DNA of 64,000 bases from an uncultured Chloroflexia bacterium (lineage in GTDB: Bacteria; Chloroflexota; Dehalococcoidia; DSTF01; WHTK01). The stretch covers positions 65,122 to 129,121 of the forward strand of contig CAVYJE010000001.1 in NCBI GenBank assembly GCA_963768705.1. The letters run 5' to 3'. The notes below the pieces were generated by a model. It was not told the DNA's origin. It made no database searches and saw only the letters and a program-made list of their open reading frames with translations. Positions 19,457-28,987 of the stretch are shown here, in pieces (position 1 is the first letter of the stretch; each line of letters begins with the position of its first letter). The position numbers and the translations under genes were made by a program.

Positions 19457-20311
19457 CTACTTCTGCGCCATCACGCAGAGGCAAGACGCTGCCAGGCGTA
19501 TCGTGCCGTCCGGCGACTTCCGCGCCTCGATCGCGTCGATGCATCCCTGACGCACGGCCTCGCGATCGGCGTCGCTCAGCCGGCGCAGGCGAGCGCCAAG
19601 GGGGGCGTTCAGCTCCGTCTGCATGGCAAACCACGACTCACCGGAAGAGAACTGGAACTCGAACGGCTGGATCTCCACCGTGACCGTATCGAACCCGGCA
19701 TCCCGGACCATCCTCTCGAGGTGAGCAGGATCCATGAAGCGCTGGGGGCTGGGCGCGGAAGGGTCCGGAGGCGGCGGCGGTGAAACCGGGTCGAGCTCCT
19801 TCTGGAACACCTCGGAGGCAAACCAGCGGTTGCGGGCCGGGATGTCCCAGGTCGCGGTGGTCAGCCGGCTGCCCGGTTTGAGCACCCGGCGTGACGCTGC
19901 GAACGCTTTGACCGTGTCCGGCGCGAACATGAAGCCCCAGCGGCAGATCACGGCATCGAAGCTCTCATCTGGATAGTCGAGCTCCTCCATGTCCATGACT
20001 TGGGCCTCGAGGTTCGCGATGTTGGCTGATTTGGCGAGCCTGGCTACTGCGTCCACCATCTCGGGTGCGATGTCGGTTGCCACCACGCGTCCATCTGGTG
20101 CAACCTTCGCGGCCGCCAGCTCGGCAGGTTGCCCTGCACCGCATGCCAGGTCAAGCACGCGCATGCCGGGCGCCAGGCCTGCGTTGGTGCAGAGCCATTC
20201 GTTAACCGGTTGAGTGTTGGCTTCTAGCTCCCGGTGCCATTTCGCCCAGGCATCGGCGGTGCCGCCCCAAAGGGTACGCTGCATTGCTTTCACTTCATCG
20301 TTGGTAGGCAT
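19457..20311 (-). CDS. class I SAM-dependent methyltransferase
   Basis: VLDLACGAGQPA (motif I). Confidence 0.8.
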   Translation of the reverse strand: MPTNDEVKAMQRTLWGGTADAWAKWHRELEANTQPVNEWLCTNAGLAPGMRVLDLACGAGQPAELAAAKVAPDGRVVATDIAPEMVDAVARLAKSANIANLEAQVMDMEELDYPDESFDAVICRWGFMFAPDTVKAFAASRRVLKPGSRLTTATWDIPARNRWFASEVFQKELDPVSPPPPPDPSAPSPQRFMDPAHLERMVRDAGFDTVTVEIQPFEFQFSSGESWFAMQTELNAPLGARLRRLSDADREAVRQGCIDAIEARKSPDGTIRLAASCLCVMAQK

Positions 20312-20429
20312 TCGTTCCTTTCGAGAGACCCTTAATCGGTTAAAGAGCGGTCTGCATCGTGTTCGCTCTCCGAAGGTGTGTCAAGGTTCCCTGGTGTGAA
20401 GGACCGAACCTCGTGTGGAAGGACGGCAG

Positions 20430-21317
20430 TTAGGGCGAGTCAGGCAGGCGCTTTCTCAGCCAAATGGCGATGCCGATCGCTGCGAGTCCGCCGCCGCCCG
20501 CGACCGGCCACCAGAGCAACGACCCAGCCGGCCGCTCCTGCTCGATGACGGGCTGGTCCATTGATGCCGCGTCGTCCAGCACGCCTGCGACCGATGCGGC
20601 ATCGTAGCGCTCCGTGCCAAGGCCCTCAGTGAGCGTGGTGCCGTCGTAGTAATAGCGCAGAGACCTACCCTCCACGAGCGTAACGATGAGCCACTCCCCC
20701 TCGCCGGTGTCCACTGGCGGCACCCGTGGGTCTACCGCCGGCGCCGGGTTGGCTTCGGCGATCGAGGTCAGCAAGGCGTCGCCGGTCGCCGGGTCGAGCA
20801 CGTCATCGCCCACTTCGAAGCCAAACGCCTCGCTTTCGGCGGCGGCGGCGAGCACGTCCAGCGTCGAGGGGTGCTCCCCGACTCGCTCGTCTTCGGCGAG
20901 CCGGATGTAGCGGTCGAGGATGGCGCGCTGACGCAGGCTGAGCACCATCCACACGTCATCGCCAGCCAGGGTCACGCGCAGGTAGCCGCCGTCCGGGTAG
21001 TAGTCGCCCTTCACGGAGACGTCCAGGTAATCTTCGTCTTCTTCCAGGCGAATGGCCTCAGACCAGTAGCTGGTGGTTACCGTATACGCCGTGCCGGAGA
21101 CGCTCGGCGGGTCTTCCAGGCGCGGCAGGAGGTTGACGCGTCGCCGGAAGGCGTCGGCGTCCGCGGGGGCAAGCGATATCGGGTAGGGCAGGTCGCCCCC
21201 GGAAATCGCCACGGTGGGGATGTCGAACTCCTGGGCGTGGGCGTGCGCTGTCAGCATGAAACCAAGGGCAAGCAGGAGTGCCAGAAGACGAAGCACGCCG
21301 AGATCGTACCGTGACAC
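20430..21317 (-). CDS. hypothetical exported protein with N-terminal signal peptide and C-terminal TM anchor
   Basis: The signal is LRLLALLLALGFMLTAHAHAQ and the C-terminal TM is LLWWPVAGGGGLAAIGIAIWL. No family recognised. Confidence 0.6.
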   Translation of the reverse strand: MSRYDLGVLRLLALLLALGFMLTAHAHAQEFDIPTVAISGGDLPYPISLAPADADAFRRRVNLLPRLEDPPSVSGTAYTVTTSYWSEAIRLEEDEDYLDVSVKGDYYPDGGYLRVTLAGDDVWMVLSLRQRAILDRYIRLAEDERVGEHPSTLDVLAAAAESEAFGFEVGDDVLDPATGDALLTSIAEANPAPAVDPRVPPVDTGEGEWLIVTLVEGRSLRYYYDGTTLTEGLGTERYDAASVAGVLDDAASMDQPVIEQERPAGSLLWWPVAGGGGLAAIGIAIWLRKRLPDSP

Positions 21318-21383
21318 CGATCTTTAACCAAAGGGCTGTAGCCGGGACGACGTATCGGCGGCTATTCTGGCCTCGGAGGATCC

Positions 21384-22049
21384 GTGATGACTGCGCGTGT
21401 CGTGACCTTCTCGGTTCAGGTCGGTAGTGGTGGCAATGCGATCTCTCGCACCGTCGCCGAACGGCTAGGCTATCGCTTCTACGACTGGGAGATCATCTCG
21501 CAGGCGGCCCAGGAGGCGGGCGTCTCGCCGGAGATCCTCGCGGTTGCCACGTCCGAGCGCAGGCCCAGCTTTATCGAGCGCGTGCTCGGCCGCCTCGCCG
21601 GCTTCGATGCCGACGACGAGACGACGGCAACGGGCCTGGGTGGCCTCTCCGGAAACCTTCTGAGCTCCGAGGACTATCGCCAGTTTATCGAACACGTCGT
21701 CAAGGAGCTCGGCAGCCAGGGTGAGGCGGTGATCGTCAACCGCGCCGGCCAGGCTTTGCTCAAGGACGTGCCAGGCATCTTCCGCGTGCTGATCTACGGC
21801 AGCCCGGAAAAGCGGGCACAGCGCTTCGCTGCCAGCCAGGGGCGCGAAATCACTGAGGTGCGCAAGATGCTCGTCGAGTCCGACCGGCAGCGCGGCGAAT
21901 ACCTCAAGCGCGTATACCACATCGACTGGCTAGCCTGCACCAACTACGACATCGCCGTGAACTCGGATGCCATCAACGACAAGTTGGCCGTCGACATGAT
22001 CGTCACGGCGTCGCGCGAGCTGCCCTCACAACACTCGCTAGCGCCGTGA
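21384..22049 (+). CDS. cytidylate kinase-like family protein
   Basis: GSGGNAISRTVAERLGYRFYDWEII is an N-terminal P-loop-like motif typical of the family. Confidence 0.65.
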   Translation: MMTARVVTFSVQVGSGGNAISRTVAERLGYRFYDWEIISQAAQEAGVSPEILAVATSERRPSFIERVLGRLAGFDADDETTATGLGGLSGNLLSSEDYRQFIEHVVKELGSQGEAVIVNRAGQALLKDVPGIFRVLIYGSPEKRAQRFAASQGREITEVRKMLVESDRQRGEYLKRVYHIDWLACTNYDIAVNSDAINDKLAVDMIVTASRELPSQHSLAP

Positions 22050-23024
22050 GAAGAGACGGCGCAGGGCATCCGAAATGCCGCCTCGCTTCCTCACGTACAG
22101 CCCCTCGTTCGTGGCGCCGTTGCCCATCGGCAGCCATCGGTGCACCGGCAGCAGCTCGCGTTTGACGAAGCCGTCTGTGTTGAACGCGACGGCCTCTTTG
22201 ATTTGTCTGCAGGCCAGCGCGGCCCGCGGGATATCCCGACCGACGTTCGTGATGTCGTGGCCCGGCGAGTCGACGCCGGGGAAGAAGTCGAAGCCTTCGA
22301 TTGACGCGGGGTCGGGGTTGATCAGCTCCCCGGCGAGGGTGCCGACCCAGCTGTTGGCCCAGTAGTGCACGGCGTACGTGCCACTGTCGACCAGGCTCGC
22401 TTTCAGCGCCTCCGCGTCGCCGATGCGCAGGCGCTCCAGCTCCGGCGTCCGCACGGGGTATGGGAAGGCGACGTGGCTGGGCAGCACGGTCACGTCCTGG
22501 CCGCTGTACTCGGCGAGCGCCGCGTCCAGCATTAGCGGCCCCGTGGTCGCCAGCACGTCACGATGCGTGAGTCCCGGCGACGGGTCCTGCATCAGCCGTT
22601 CGATCACGGCTTCGAGGAAGGGGTGGCCGGGGCGGGCTGCCATGAAGGCGTTCGATGCCAGGGAGGTCTTGCCGAGCCATGCTCCCTGTTCGTCGGGCTC
22701 GAGCACAACGAGGAAATCGCGGCCGGCGATCAGGCTGTCGAGTGGCTGCAGGCACTCGATGTCCATATCGACGTATACGCCGCCGTAGTGGTGCAGCAGG
22801 CAGTAGCGGACCGCATCGGCGCGCTGGATGTTGTAAGAGTAGGCGTCGTAGGTTGGGAGGAACGCAGGGTAGTGCTCGGCGATGAACGCGCGATTGGCTT
22901 CGTCCGTCCAGAATCGGTACTGCCAGCGGGGGTGCATCGCCTTCCACGAATCGGCATATCGCGCCCAATCCTCGGGCACCTGCTCGGTCTTCCAGGTCTG
23001 GTGCAGAATCGTCGGGATGGTCAG
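22038..23024 (-). CDS. glycosyltransferase with GT32-like (DXD sugar-binding) N-terminal domain and uncharacterised C-terminal domain
   Basis: PTILHQTW...WQYRFWTD...YGGVYVDMDIE. The conserved PTILHQTW lies upstream of the first canonical start (GTG 22979). A CTG at 23024 with the SD-like gagggtga is proposed. Confidence 0.65.
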   Translation of the reverse strand: MTIPTILHQTWKTEQVPEDWARYADSWKAMHPRWQYRFWTDEANRAFIAEHYPAFLPTYDAYSYNIQRADAVRYCLLHHYGGVYVDMDIECLQPLDSLIAGRDFLVVLEPDEQGAWLGKTSLASNAFMAARPGHPFLEAVIERLMQDPSPGLTHRDVLATTGPLMLDAALAEYSGQDVTVLPSHVAFPYPVRTPELERLRIGDAEALKASLVDSGTYAVHYWANSWVGTLAGELINPDPASIEGFDFFPGVDSPGHDITNVGRDIPRAALACRQIKEAVAFNTDGFVKRELLPVHRWLPMGNGATNEGLYVRKRGGISDALRRLFSRR

Positions 23025-23039
23025 GGCGTCACCCTCGGT

Positions 23040-24209
23040 TCAGGGCAGTGATGCCGGTCGCGCGAGGGCGGAGAGCCAGATGCGCCAAACCGTCTTCGGG
23101 TTGCCTTCGGCGTCGTGCAGACCCATGTGCGAAAGCGGCGCGAAGCCGGCCGGTACGGCCTCTGGGTCGCGGCCCAGGTACCAGACCAGCATGCGCGCAT
23201 CGAGATGCTCGGCGGCCGTGAGCACGCGATAGAGGAACGACACCTGAGCGGAGTCTGACGGGTCGGTGGACGGGTCCTCGCTGGAGTTCCAACCCACCGA
23301 GGCGAAGATCACCGGCTTGTCGAGGCGGCCTGCGAGGGCATCGTAGTAGTCGGAGGGCAGCTCGGAGACGCTGCTGAATACGAGGCTGGGGTAGGAGGTG
23401 ACCGCGAGCATGTCGATCTTGGGCTCGAAGCGGTTGACCAGGCTCCATGAGGGCAATGTGGGTGAGCCCGTGTTGAGCAGGCCCAGCATGTCCTCGTACT
23501 GGAACGTCGGGAACACCATCGTATCCGGGGAGACGGACTTCACGGCGTCGTAGGCCTCGAAGTACAGGCTGAGGAAGTTGCGGAAGGAGCCGTCGCCTCG
23601 ACCGCGGTAAATCATGTCGACCTCGACGCCGAGGGCCATGTAAGCGGGCTTGTAGTTCAGCGCGAGGTACTTGGCATAGGAGATGAAGGCGGCGCGCACG
23701 TCCGGGTTGGCGAAGCCCTCACCCGCCAGGTCCTCCGGCAGGTTGGCGAGCTGGCTGCGGTCGCCGGGCAGGGTGGGGTCGATGGCAAGGAAGAGCTTCA
23801 GGTCGTGTTTTTGGGCCAGGTCTTCTTCTAGGAGGGTGAGTTGCTCCGTACGGTGGGAGATGCTGCCGCCCGGGACGAACTCGCTCCAGGGCGGTGTGCG
23901 CTGGATCAGGACGACCTCGCCGGCGGCCTCGGCCACGTCGAAGGCGTCGCTGTAGGCATCCTCGGTGGTTTGGGCGGGCTGGGAGCTCACGCCCATAAGG
24001 AAGCTGCGCTGAAGGCCGCCGGCCCCTGCGGTGGAGTCGATGACGGCGCCGCCAACGTCGTCCTTGGAGTCATGGCTACACGCTGCGACCAGCGGCAGCA
24101 GCAGCACCACCACCATGACACGCAGCGAAATAAGCCTTAGCAATTCTTCATAACTACGATACGTTTTACCAAGGTTTGCCCTGTACGGCTCTTGACCCAT
24201 CCTACCCAT
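23040..24209 (-). CDS. putative lipoprotein, possibly glycoside-hydrolase-like TIM barrel
   Basis: The lipobox is LLLPLVAAC-SHDSK. The functional assignment is weak. The start is uncertain (ATG 24209, TTG 24143 or ATG 24116). Confidence 0.6.
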   Translation of the reverse strand: MGRMGQEPYRANLGKTYRSYEELLRLISLRVMVVVLLLPLVAACSHDSKDDVGGAVIDSTAGAGGLQRSFLMGVSSQPAQTTEDAYSDAFDVAEAAGEVVLIQRTPPWSEFVPGGSISHRTEQLTLLEEDLAQKHDLKLFLAIDPTLPGDRSQLANLPEDLAGEGFANPDVRAAFISYAKYLALNYKPAYMALGVEVDMIYRGRGDGSFRNFLSLYFEAYDAVKSVSPDTMVFPTFQYEDMLGLLNTGSPTLPSWSLVNRFEPKIDMLAVTSYPSLVFSSVSELPSDYYDALAGRLDKPVIFASVGWNSSEDPSTDPSDSAQVSFLYRVLTAAEHLDARMLVWYLGRDPEAVPAGFAPLSHMGLHDAEGNPKTVWRIWLSALARPASLP

Positions 24210-24213
24210 CCGT

Positions 24214-24243
24214 TTGACCGGCGGGAAGCGTCAGGCATACAAT
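24214..24243 (+). promoter_or_regulatory. sigma-70-like promoter candidate for purF
   Basis: TTGACC (24214-24219), an 18-nt spacer, then TACAAT (24238-24243). Confidence 0.4.
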
Positions 24244-24285
24244 TCATTTGCAGCCCGCACCGATGGATACCGAGGGAGAGCCTTC

Positions 24286-25767
24286 TTGGAGAGCCTCCAC
24301 GAGGCATGTGGCGTTTTTGGGGTCTATGCACCCAGTGAAGACGTCGCGAGAGTAACTTTTTTTGGACTTTATGCTCTTCAGCATAGAGGGCAGGAGAGCG
24401 CAGGTATCGCCACCACCGATGGTGATGGCATCAAGGTACGCAAGGACATGGGTCTCGTGTCGCAGGTCTTCCAAGAGGAAGACCTTTTGCATCTCCAGGG
24501 ATTCGCGGCAGTCGGCCATACTCGCTACTCCACCACCGGTTCTTCCCGCATCGAAAACGCCCAGCCCTTCGTTATGGACGGCCCCAACGGCAGGATCGCC
24601 CTGGGCCACAACGGCAATATCGTCAACGCCGACCTCCTGCGCACCGAGCTCGAGGCGGAAGGCCGCGAGTTCGTCACCTCCACAGACTCCGAGGTGATCG
24701 CCCACCTCGTCGCCACCGCACCCGGCCGCGACTGGGGCGAGCGCATGAGTTACGTCATGCGACGGGCCCGCGGCGCTTACTGCCTGACGATCCTCACGGA
24801 CGACGGCGTTATCGCTGCGCGCGACCCGTACGGCCTGCGTCCGCTCTCGCTTGGGCGCATCGATGGCGGGTTCTGCTTTGCTTCCGAGACCTGCGCCTTC
24901 GACCACCTCGGGGCCACGCTCATCCGCGACATCGAGCCGGGCGAGACGGTGCTGCTCGACGGCGAGGGCGTGCACAGCTTCAAGCTGGCGCCGGAGAACT
25001 TCCCGGAAGGCAGCCACGAGTCCTTCTGCGTCTTCGAGTTCATCTACTTCTCTCGCCTGGACAGCTACCTGCGCGGCCAGCGTGTCTATCCCGTGCGCAT
25101 GAACCTCGGTTGCCAGCTCGCCCGGGAGCACCCGACCGAGGCCGACATCGTCATCGGCGTACCGGACTCTGCGACCGCCGCGGCCGTAGGCTACGCGCGC
25201 GAATCGGGCATCCCGTTCGCCGAGGCGCTGGTGAAGAACCGCTACGTGGGCCGGACGTTCATCATGCCGGACCAGCGCATTCGCGATCAGGGCGCCCACC
25301 TCAAGTACAACGTGCTGCGCGAGGTCCTCGAAGGTCAGCGCGTCGTCGTGGTCGACGACACGATCGTGCGTGCGACGACGACCAAGCGCGTGATCGCCAT
25401 GCTGCGCGAGGCCGGCGCCGCCGAAGTCCACATGCGCGTGACGGCGCCACCGATCACGCACCCGTGCTTCTTCGGCATCGACATGGGACGTCGCTGGGAG
25501 CTCATCGCCGCCCGCGAGACCGTCGAGGAGATCCGCCAGAGCATCGGCGCCGACACGCTGGGCTATCTCACGCCCGAAGGCCTGGTCAGCGCCATCGGAC
25601 AGCCGGCCGACTGCTTCTGCATGTCCTGCTTCACGGGCAAGTACCCGATGCCGGTGCCAATGGAGCTCGACAAGCTCAGCCTGGAGGCGCCCCGCTGGGT
25701 CCGCGATGCCCACGACATCGACTGGGAGGCCCACCAGGCCGTCGAGGCAGTCCCTCCCGCCAACTAG
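24286..25767 (+). CDS. purF: amidophosphoribosyltransferase
   Basis: CGVFGV carries the N-terminal nucleophile, and VVVVDDTIVRATT is the PRPP site. Fe-S cysteines lie in CFFGID and CMSCFTGKYP. TTG 24286 with SD gagggagag is preferred, because the track start 24214 coincides with the -35 box. Confidence 0.9.
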   Translation: MESLHEACGVFGVYAPSEDVARVTFFGLYALQHRGQESAGIATTDGDGIKVRKDMGLVSQVFQEEDLLHLQGFAAVGHTRYSTTGSSRIENAQPFVMDGPNGRIALGHNGNIVNADLLRTELEAEGREFVTSTDSEVIAHLVATAPGRDWGERMSYVMRRARGAYCLTILTDDGVIAARDPYGLRPLSLGRIDGGFCFASETCAFDHLGATLIRDIEPGETVLLDGEGVHSFKLAPENFPEGSHESFCVFEFIYFSRLDSYLRGQRVYPVRMNLGCQLAREHPTEADIVIGVPDSATAAAVGYARESGIPFAEALVKNRYVGRTFIMPDQRIRDQGAHLKYNVLREVLEGQRVVVVDDTIVRATTTKRVIAMLREAGAAEVHMRVTAPPITHPCFFGIDMGRRWELIAARETVEEIRQSIGADTLGYLTPEGLVSAIGQPADCFCMSCFTGKYPMPVPMELDKLSLEAPRWVRDAHDIDWEAHQAVEAVPPAN

Positions 25768-25775
25768 CTTCGCGG

Positions 25776-26921
25776 CTACCGGTTCGTAAACGCCGGCATC
25801 ACGTCGCTGGCAAACCACGCTAGCTGTTCGCGGAACTCATCCGGTGGCATGCCCTCCGCCCAGTGGATCATCACCTGGTCCAGTCCCGGATAGCGTGCCT
25901 CGAACTCCTTGAGCTGCTCGATCACCTGTGAGGGCGGCCCGCAGAGCCACGCCCTCTGCTCGACGCCGTCCTTGATCGTCGGTTGCCGCGCCGGTGCGCC
26001 GGGCGTGCCCCACGGCCGTCCGTCCGCATCGGCGTAGCGTACGAAGCCGAACGGCGCGAACCACTTGTAGCGCTCGTCGTGATACGGCTCGACGCGCCGG
26101 ACCGCTTCCTCCTGCGAATCCGCCAGATACAGACCGACGCCCCAGCACAGGTCCTCGCCCAGCTCAAGCTGCCGTCCCGCCTTGGCCGCCTCGGTCTGGT
26201 AGACGTGCGCCACGTCATCGAAGATCTTCTCGCCGTTCAGCGTCACCATGCCCTTGATGCCGCGCTGAGCGATGTACGGCAGCGTCTTGCCGCTGGCGAT
26301 CGGCTGCCACAGCTCGACCGGCAGGTGGACCGGTCGCGGCACCAGCGTGATCTCGGACAATCGATAGCCCCGGTAGTCGACATCCGGCGGGATCTGGTAG
26401 TGCTTGCCGTGATGCGAGAAGGACTCCTGGTTCAGGGCCTTCTGCAGCACCTCCATCTGCTCCTCGAACAGCTCGCGATTGGCGTCGTTGTCCAGCAGCG
26501 GCGCCCCGAAGGTCTCGACCTCGCGCGTGTGATAGCCGCGCCCGACACCCAGGATGATGCGGCCGTCCGTCATGATGTCGGCCATCGCGTAGTCCTCGGC
26601 GAGCCGCAGCGGGTGCCACATCGGCAGGACGTTAAACGCGCAACCGAATTTCAGGCGCGACGTCTGGGTCGCCAGCCATGTCCCGAGCAAGATCAGGTTG
26701 GGGAACACCTCGTAGCCCTCGCGCTGGAAGTGATGCTCCGCCGTCCACAGGCAGTAGTAGCCCAGGCGGTCCATGTCCTGGGCGATGTCCTTTGCCGTCG
26801 AGAAGGCCTCGACCAGGCGCTCGTTCGGGTAGCGGCGCTCGTCGGCCGGCGTCCCCGACAGGCCCACGTTGTCGAGCTCGATTTGTCCCACGTAGAGCAC
26901 TGAGAACTTGCTGATCATCAC
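25776..26921 (-). CDS. LLM-class flavin-dependent oxidoreductase (luciferase-like monooxygenase)
   Basis: LGYYCLWTAEHHFQREGYEVFPN...ILGVGRGYH. Confidence 0.8.
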   Translation of the reverse strand: MMISKFSVLYVGQIELDNVGLSGTPADERRYPNERLVEAFSTAKDIAQDMDRLGYYCLWTAEHHFQREGYEVFPNLILLGTWLATQTSRLKFGCAFNVLPMWHPLRLAEDYAMADIMTDGRIILGVGRGYHTREVETFGAPLLDNDANRELFEEQMEVLQKALNQESFSHHGKHYQIPPDVDYRGYRLSEITLVPRPVHLPVELWQPIASGKTLPYIAQRGIKGMVTLNGEKIFDDVAHVYQTEAAKAGRQLELGEDLCWGVGLYLADSQEEAVRRVEPYHDERYKWFAPFGFVRYADADGRPWGTPGAPARQPTIKDGVEQRAWLCGPPSQVIEQLKEFEARYPGLDQVMIHWAEGMPPDEFREQLAWFASDVMPAFTNR

Positions 26922-27049
26922 GACCTCCTCTTTGTGCCCGTGATGCTAACTCAGCACGGGCAATCGATGGTGGTGTTCTCGCGCAAGCCGGTCCGCTCTG
27001 ACCGGCTGCCACCTGTTACTTGTGAGCCGTTACTTGCTACTCTCCTCAC

Positions 27050-28141
27050 ATGACAGAAGAGCGCAGTCGCAAGCCCCTGACCTACGAGAGCGCCGGTGTG
27101 AACCTGCAGGCGCGTCAGGACGTTGTCGGGCGCTACCGGGAGGTGGCGAAGGCGGCGCGACGGCCGGAGGTGCTCGGCGGTATTGGTCCTTTCGCGGGCC
27201 TGTTCGCGCTCGGCCAGCGGTTCAAGGACCCCGTGATCGTCTCCAGCACGGACGGCGTCGGCACCAAGACGAAGATCGCCGGCCTCGTCCAGCGCTACGA
27301 GTCGCTAGGGCACGACATCGTCGCCAACTGCGTCAATGACGCCTTCACGACCGGCGCCGAGCCCCTGTTCTTCCTCGACTACATCGGCAGCTTCGAGCTG
27401 CCGGCCGACGCCAAGGTCGCCATCGTCAAGGGCATCGCCGACGCCTGTGCCGCGCTCGATTGCGCCCTGCTAGGCGGCGAGACGGCCGACATGCCCGGCG
27501 TCTACCCGCCCGGCGAGTTCGACCTCGTCGGATTCATCGTCGGTGCTGTGGAGCGCGACCAGCTCATCGACGGCACGAAGATCGTGGCGGGCGACCTGCT
27601 GTTCGGGCTGCCCTCCAACGGCCTGCACACCAACGGCTACTCGCTCGCCCGCCGTGCGCTCGATATCGCCATGGTCGAGGACCGCGCCGTCACCGACCGC
27701 GCCCGTCTCGAACGCCACGACCCCGACCTCGGCGAATCGCTGGCCGACGCCATCCTGCGCCCGCACCACTGCTATGTCCCTGACTTGAAACCCGCGCTCG
27801 ATCTCCCCCTCTCCGCCAGCGGGGAGGGGGCTGGGGGGAGGGGTCTGATCAAGGGCATGGCCCACATCACGGGCGGTGGCTTCGAGGAGAACGTGCCGCG
27901 CATTTTGCCCGAAGGCCTCGGCGCTCGCATCGACCGCAGCGCCTGGTCTGTGCCGCCGATCTTCCCGTACATCCAGCGCGCCGGCGGCATCGAAGACGCG
28001 GAGATGTACCGCGTGTTCAACATGGGCCTCGGCATCGTCTTCGCCGTCGCGCCCGAAGACGCCGATAAGCTGCGTACCGCAGTGCCCGCCGCCCTCTTGG
28101 TGGGCGAGGTCACGGCTTCGCAGGGAGTAACGCTCGCCTAA
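27050..28141 (+). CDS. purM: phosphoribosylformylglycinamidine cyclo-ligase (AIR synthetase) with in-frame palindromic-element insertion
   Basis: STDGVGTKTK and GMAHITGGGFEENVPRILP motifs. Confidence 0.9.
   Translation: MTEERSRKPLTYESAGVNLQARQDVVGRYREVAKAARRPEVLGGIGPFAGLFALGQRFKDPVIVSSTDGVGTKTKIAGLVQRYESLGHDIVANCVNDAFTTGAEPLFFLDYIGSFELPADAKVAIVKGIADACAALDCALLGGETADMPGVYPPGEFDLVGFIVGAVERDQLIDGTKIVAGDLLFGLPSNGLHTNGYSLARRALDIAMVEDRAVTDRARLERHDPDLGESLADAILRPHHCYVPDLKPALDLPLSASGEGAGGRGLIKGMAHITGGGFEENVPRILPEGLGARIDRSAWSVPPIFPYIQRAGGIEDAEMYRVFNMGLGIVFAVAPEDADKLRTAVPAALLVGEVTASQGVTLA
27805..27844 (+). repeat. GC-rich palindromic element, family A, inside the purM coding sequence
   Basis: ccccctctccgccagcggggagggggctggggggaggggt, translated in-frame as PLSASGEGAGGRG. 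Confidence 0.9.
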
Positions 28142-28159
28142 CCTCGTCGCGACTACGTC

Positions 28160-28894
28160 CTACACCACCGCCCCGTCGATGAGCCTGCCGATCCCGTAGG
28201 TCACCGCCATGGCTATCGCGCCGCCGAAGACAAGCCGAAACACCGCAGGCAGCTTGGGCGACTTGCCGAGCGTCGCGCTGATGGCGCCCGTGATCGCCAG
28301 CGCGAAGAGCACGGCAATGAAGGTCACCGGTATGCGCAGCGACGCCGGCGGCAGGAGGATGGCGACGAGGGGTAGCAGCGACCCCAGGGTGAAGGCGAGG
28401 GCCGAGGCCAGCGCGGCGGTCCATGGGCTGGCAATCTCCTCGCGGTTGATGCCGAGCTCCAGGCGGAGGTGGGCTGAAAGCACGTCCCTCTCTGTCAGCT
28501 CCTCTGCTACGGTCTGCGCCGTCTCCGGGGTGAGTCCGTTTTCCTTGAGCAGCCCAACCAACTCGCTGAATTCGGCATCGGGCATCGTCTGCAGCTCGGA
28601 TTCCTCGAGTTTGATCAGGGATTGCTCGCTGTCGCGCTGCGTGCTTACCGAGACGTACTCGCCCAGAGCCATCGAGACCGCTCCGGCGACCAGGCCCGCG
28701 AAGCCCGCCGTAGCGATCGTGCTGGACGTCGTTGTCGCCGCGGCCACGCCGATCACCAAACCGGCGGTAGAGACGATGCCGTCGTTGGCGCCAAGTACGC
28801 CGGCCCGCAGCCAGTTCAGCATGCCGGAAACGGAACCGGCGTGGCTCTCTCGCGGATGAAGGGGACCGCCTCGCGCACCTCTGGCCTGACTCAT
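28160..28894 (-). CDS. VIT1/CCC1-family iron/manganese transporter
   Basis: GANDGIVSTAGLVIGVAAA...EYVSVSTQRDSE. Confidence 0.8.
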   Translation of the reverse strand: MSQARGARGGPLHPRESHAGSVSGMLNWLRAGVLGANDGIVSTAGLVIGVAAATTTSSTIATAGFAGLVAGAVSMALGEYVSVSTQRDSEQSLIKLEESELQTMPDAEFSELVGLLKENGLTPETAQTVAEELTERDVLSAHLRLELGINREEIASPWTAALASALAFTLGSLLPLVAILLPPASLRIPVTFIAVLFALAITGAISATLGKSPKLPAVFRLVFGGAIAMAVTYGIGRLIDGAVV

Positions 28895-28987
28895 GCCCGT
28901 ATTGTGACCCTACCGGACCTGCCCGGCTACGGCTTTGTACCGTTTTGGCAGGAGGTTCCTAATCGACGTGCTGGCTATAATCGCCGC

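Noticed and set aside
23040-23042. Read-through fusion of the lipoprotein and the GT32-like transferase across the in-frame TGA.
   Set aside because: The upstream protein has a lipoprotein export signal, whereas GT32-type domains act in the cytoplasm. An SD-like gagggtga plus CTG offers a simpler explanation. This is kept as a finding only for the start-codon anomaly.
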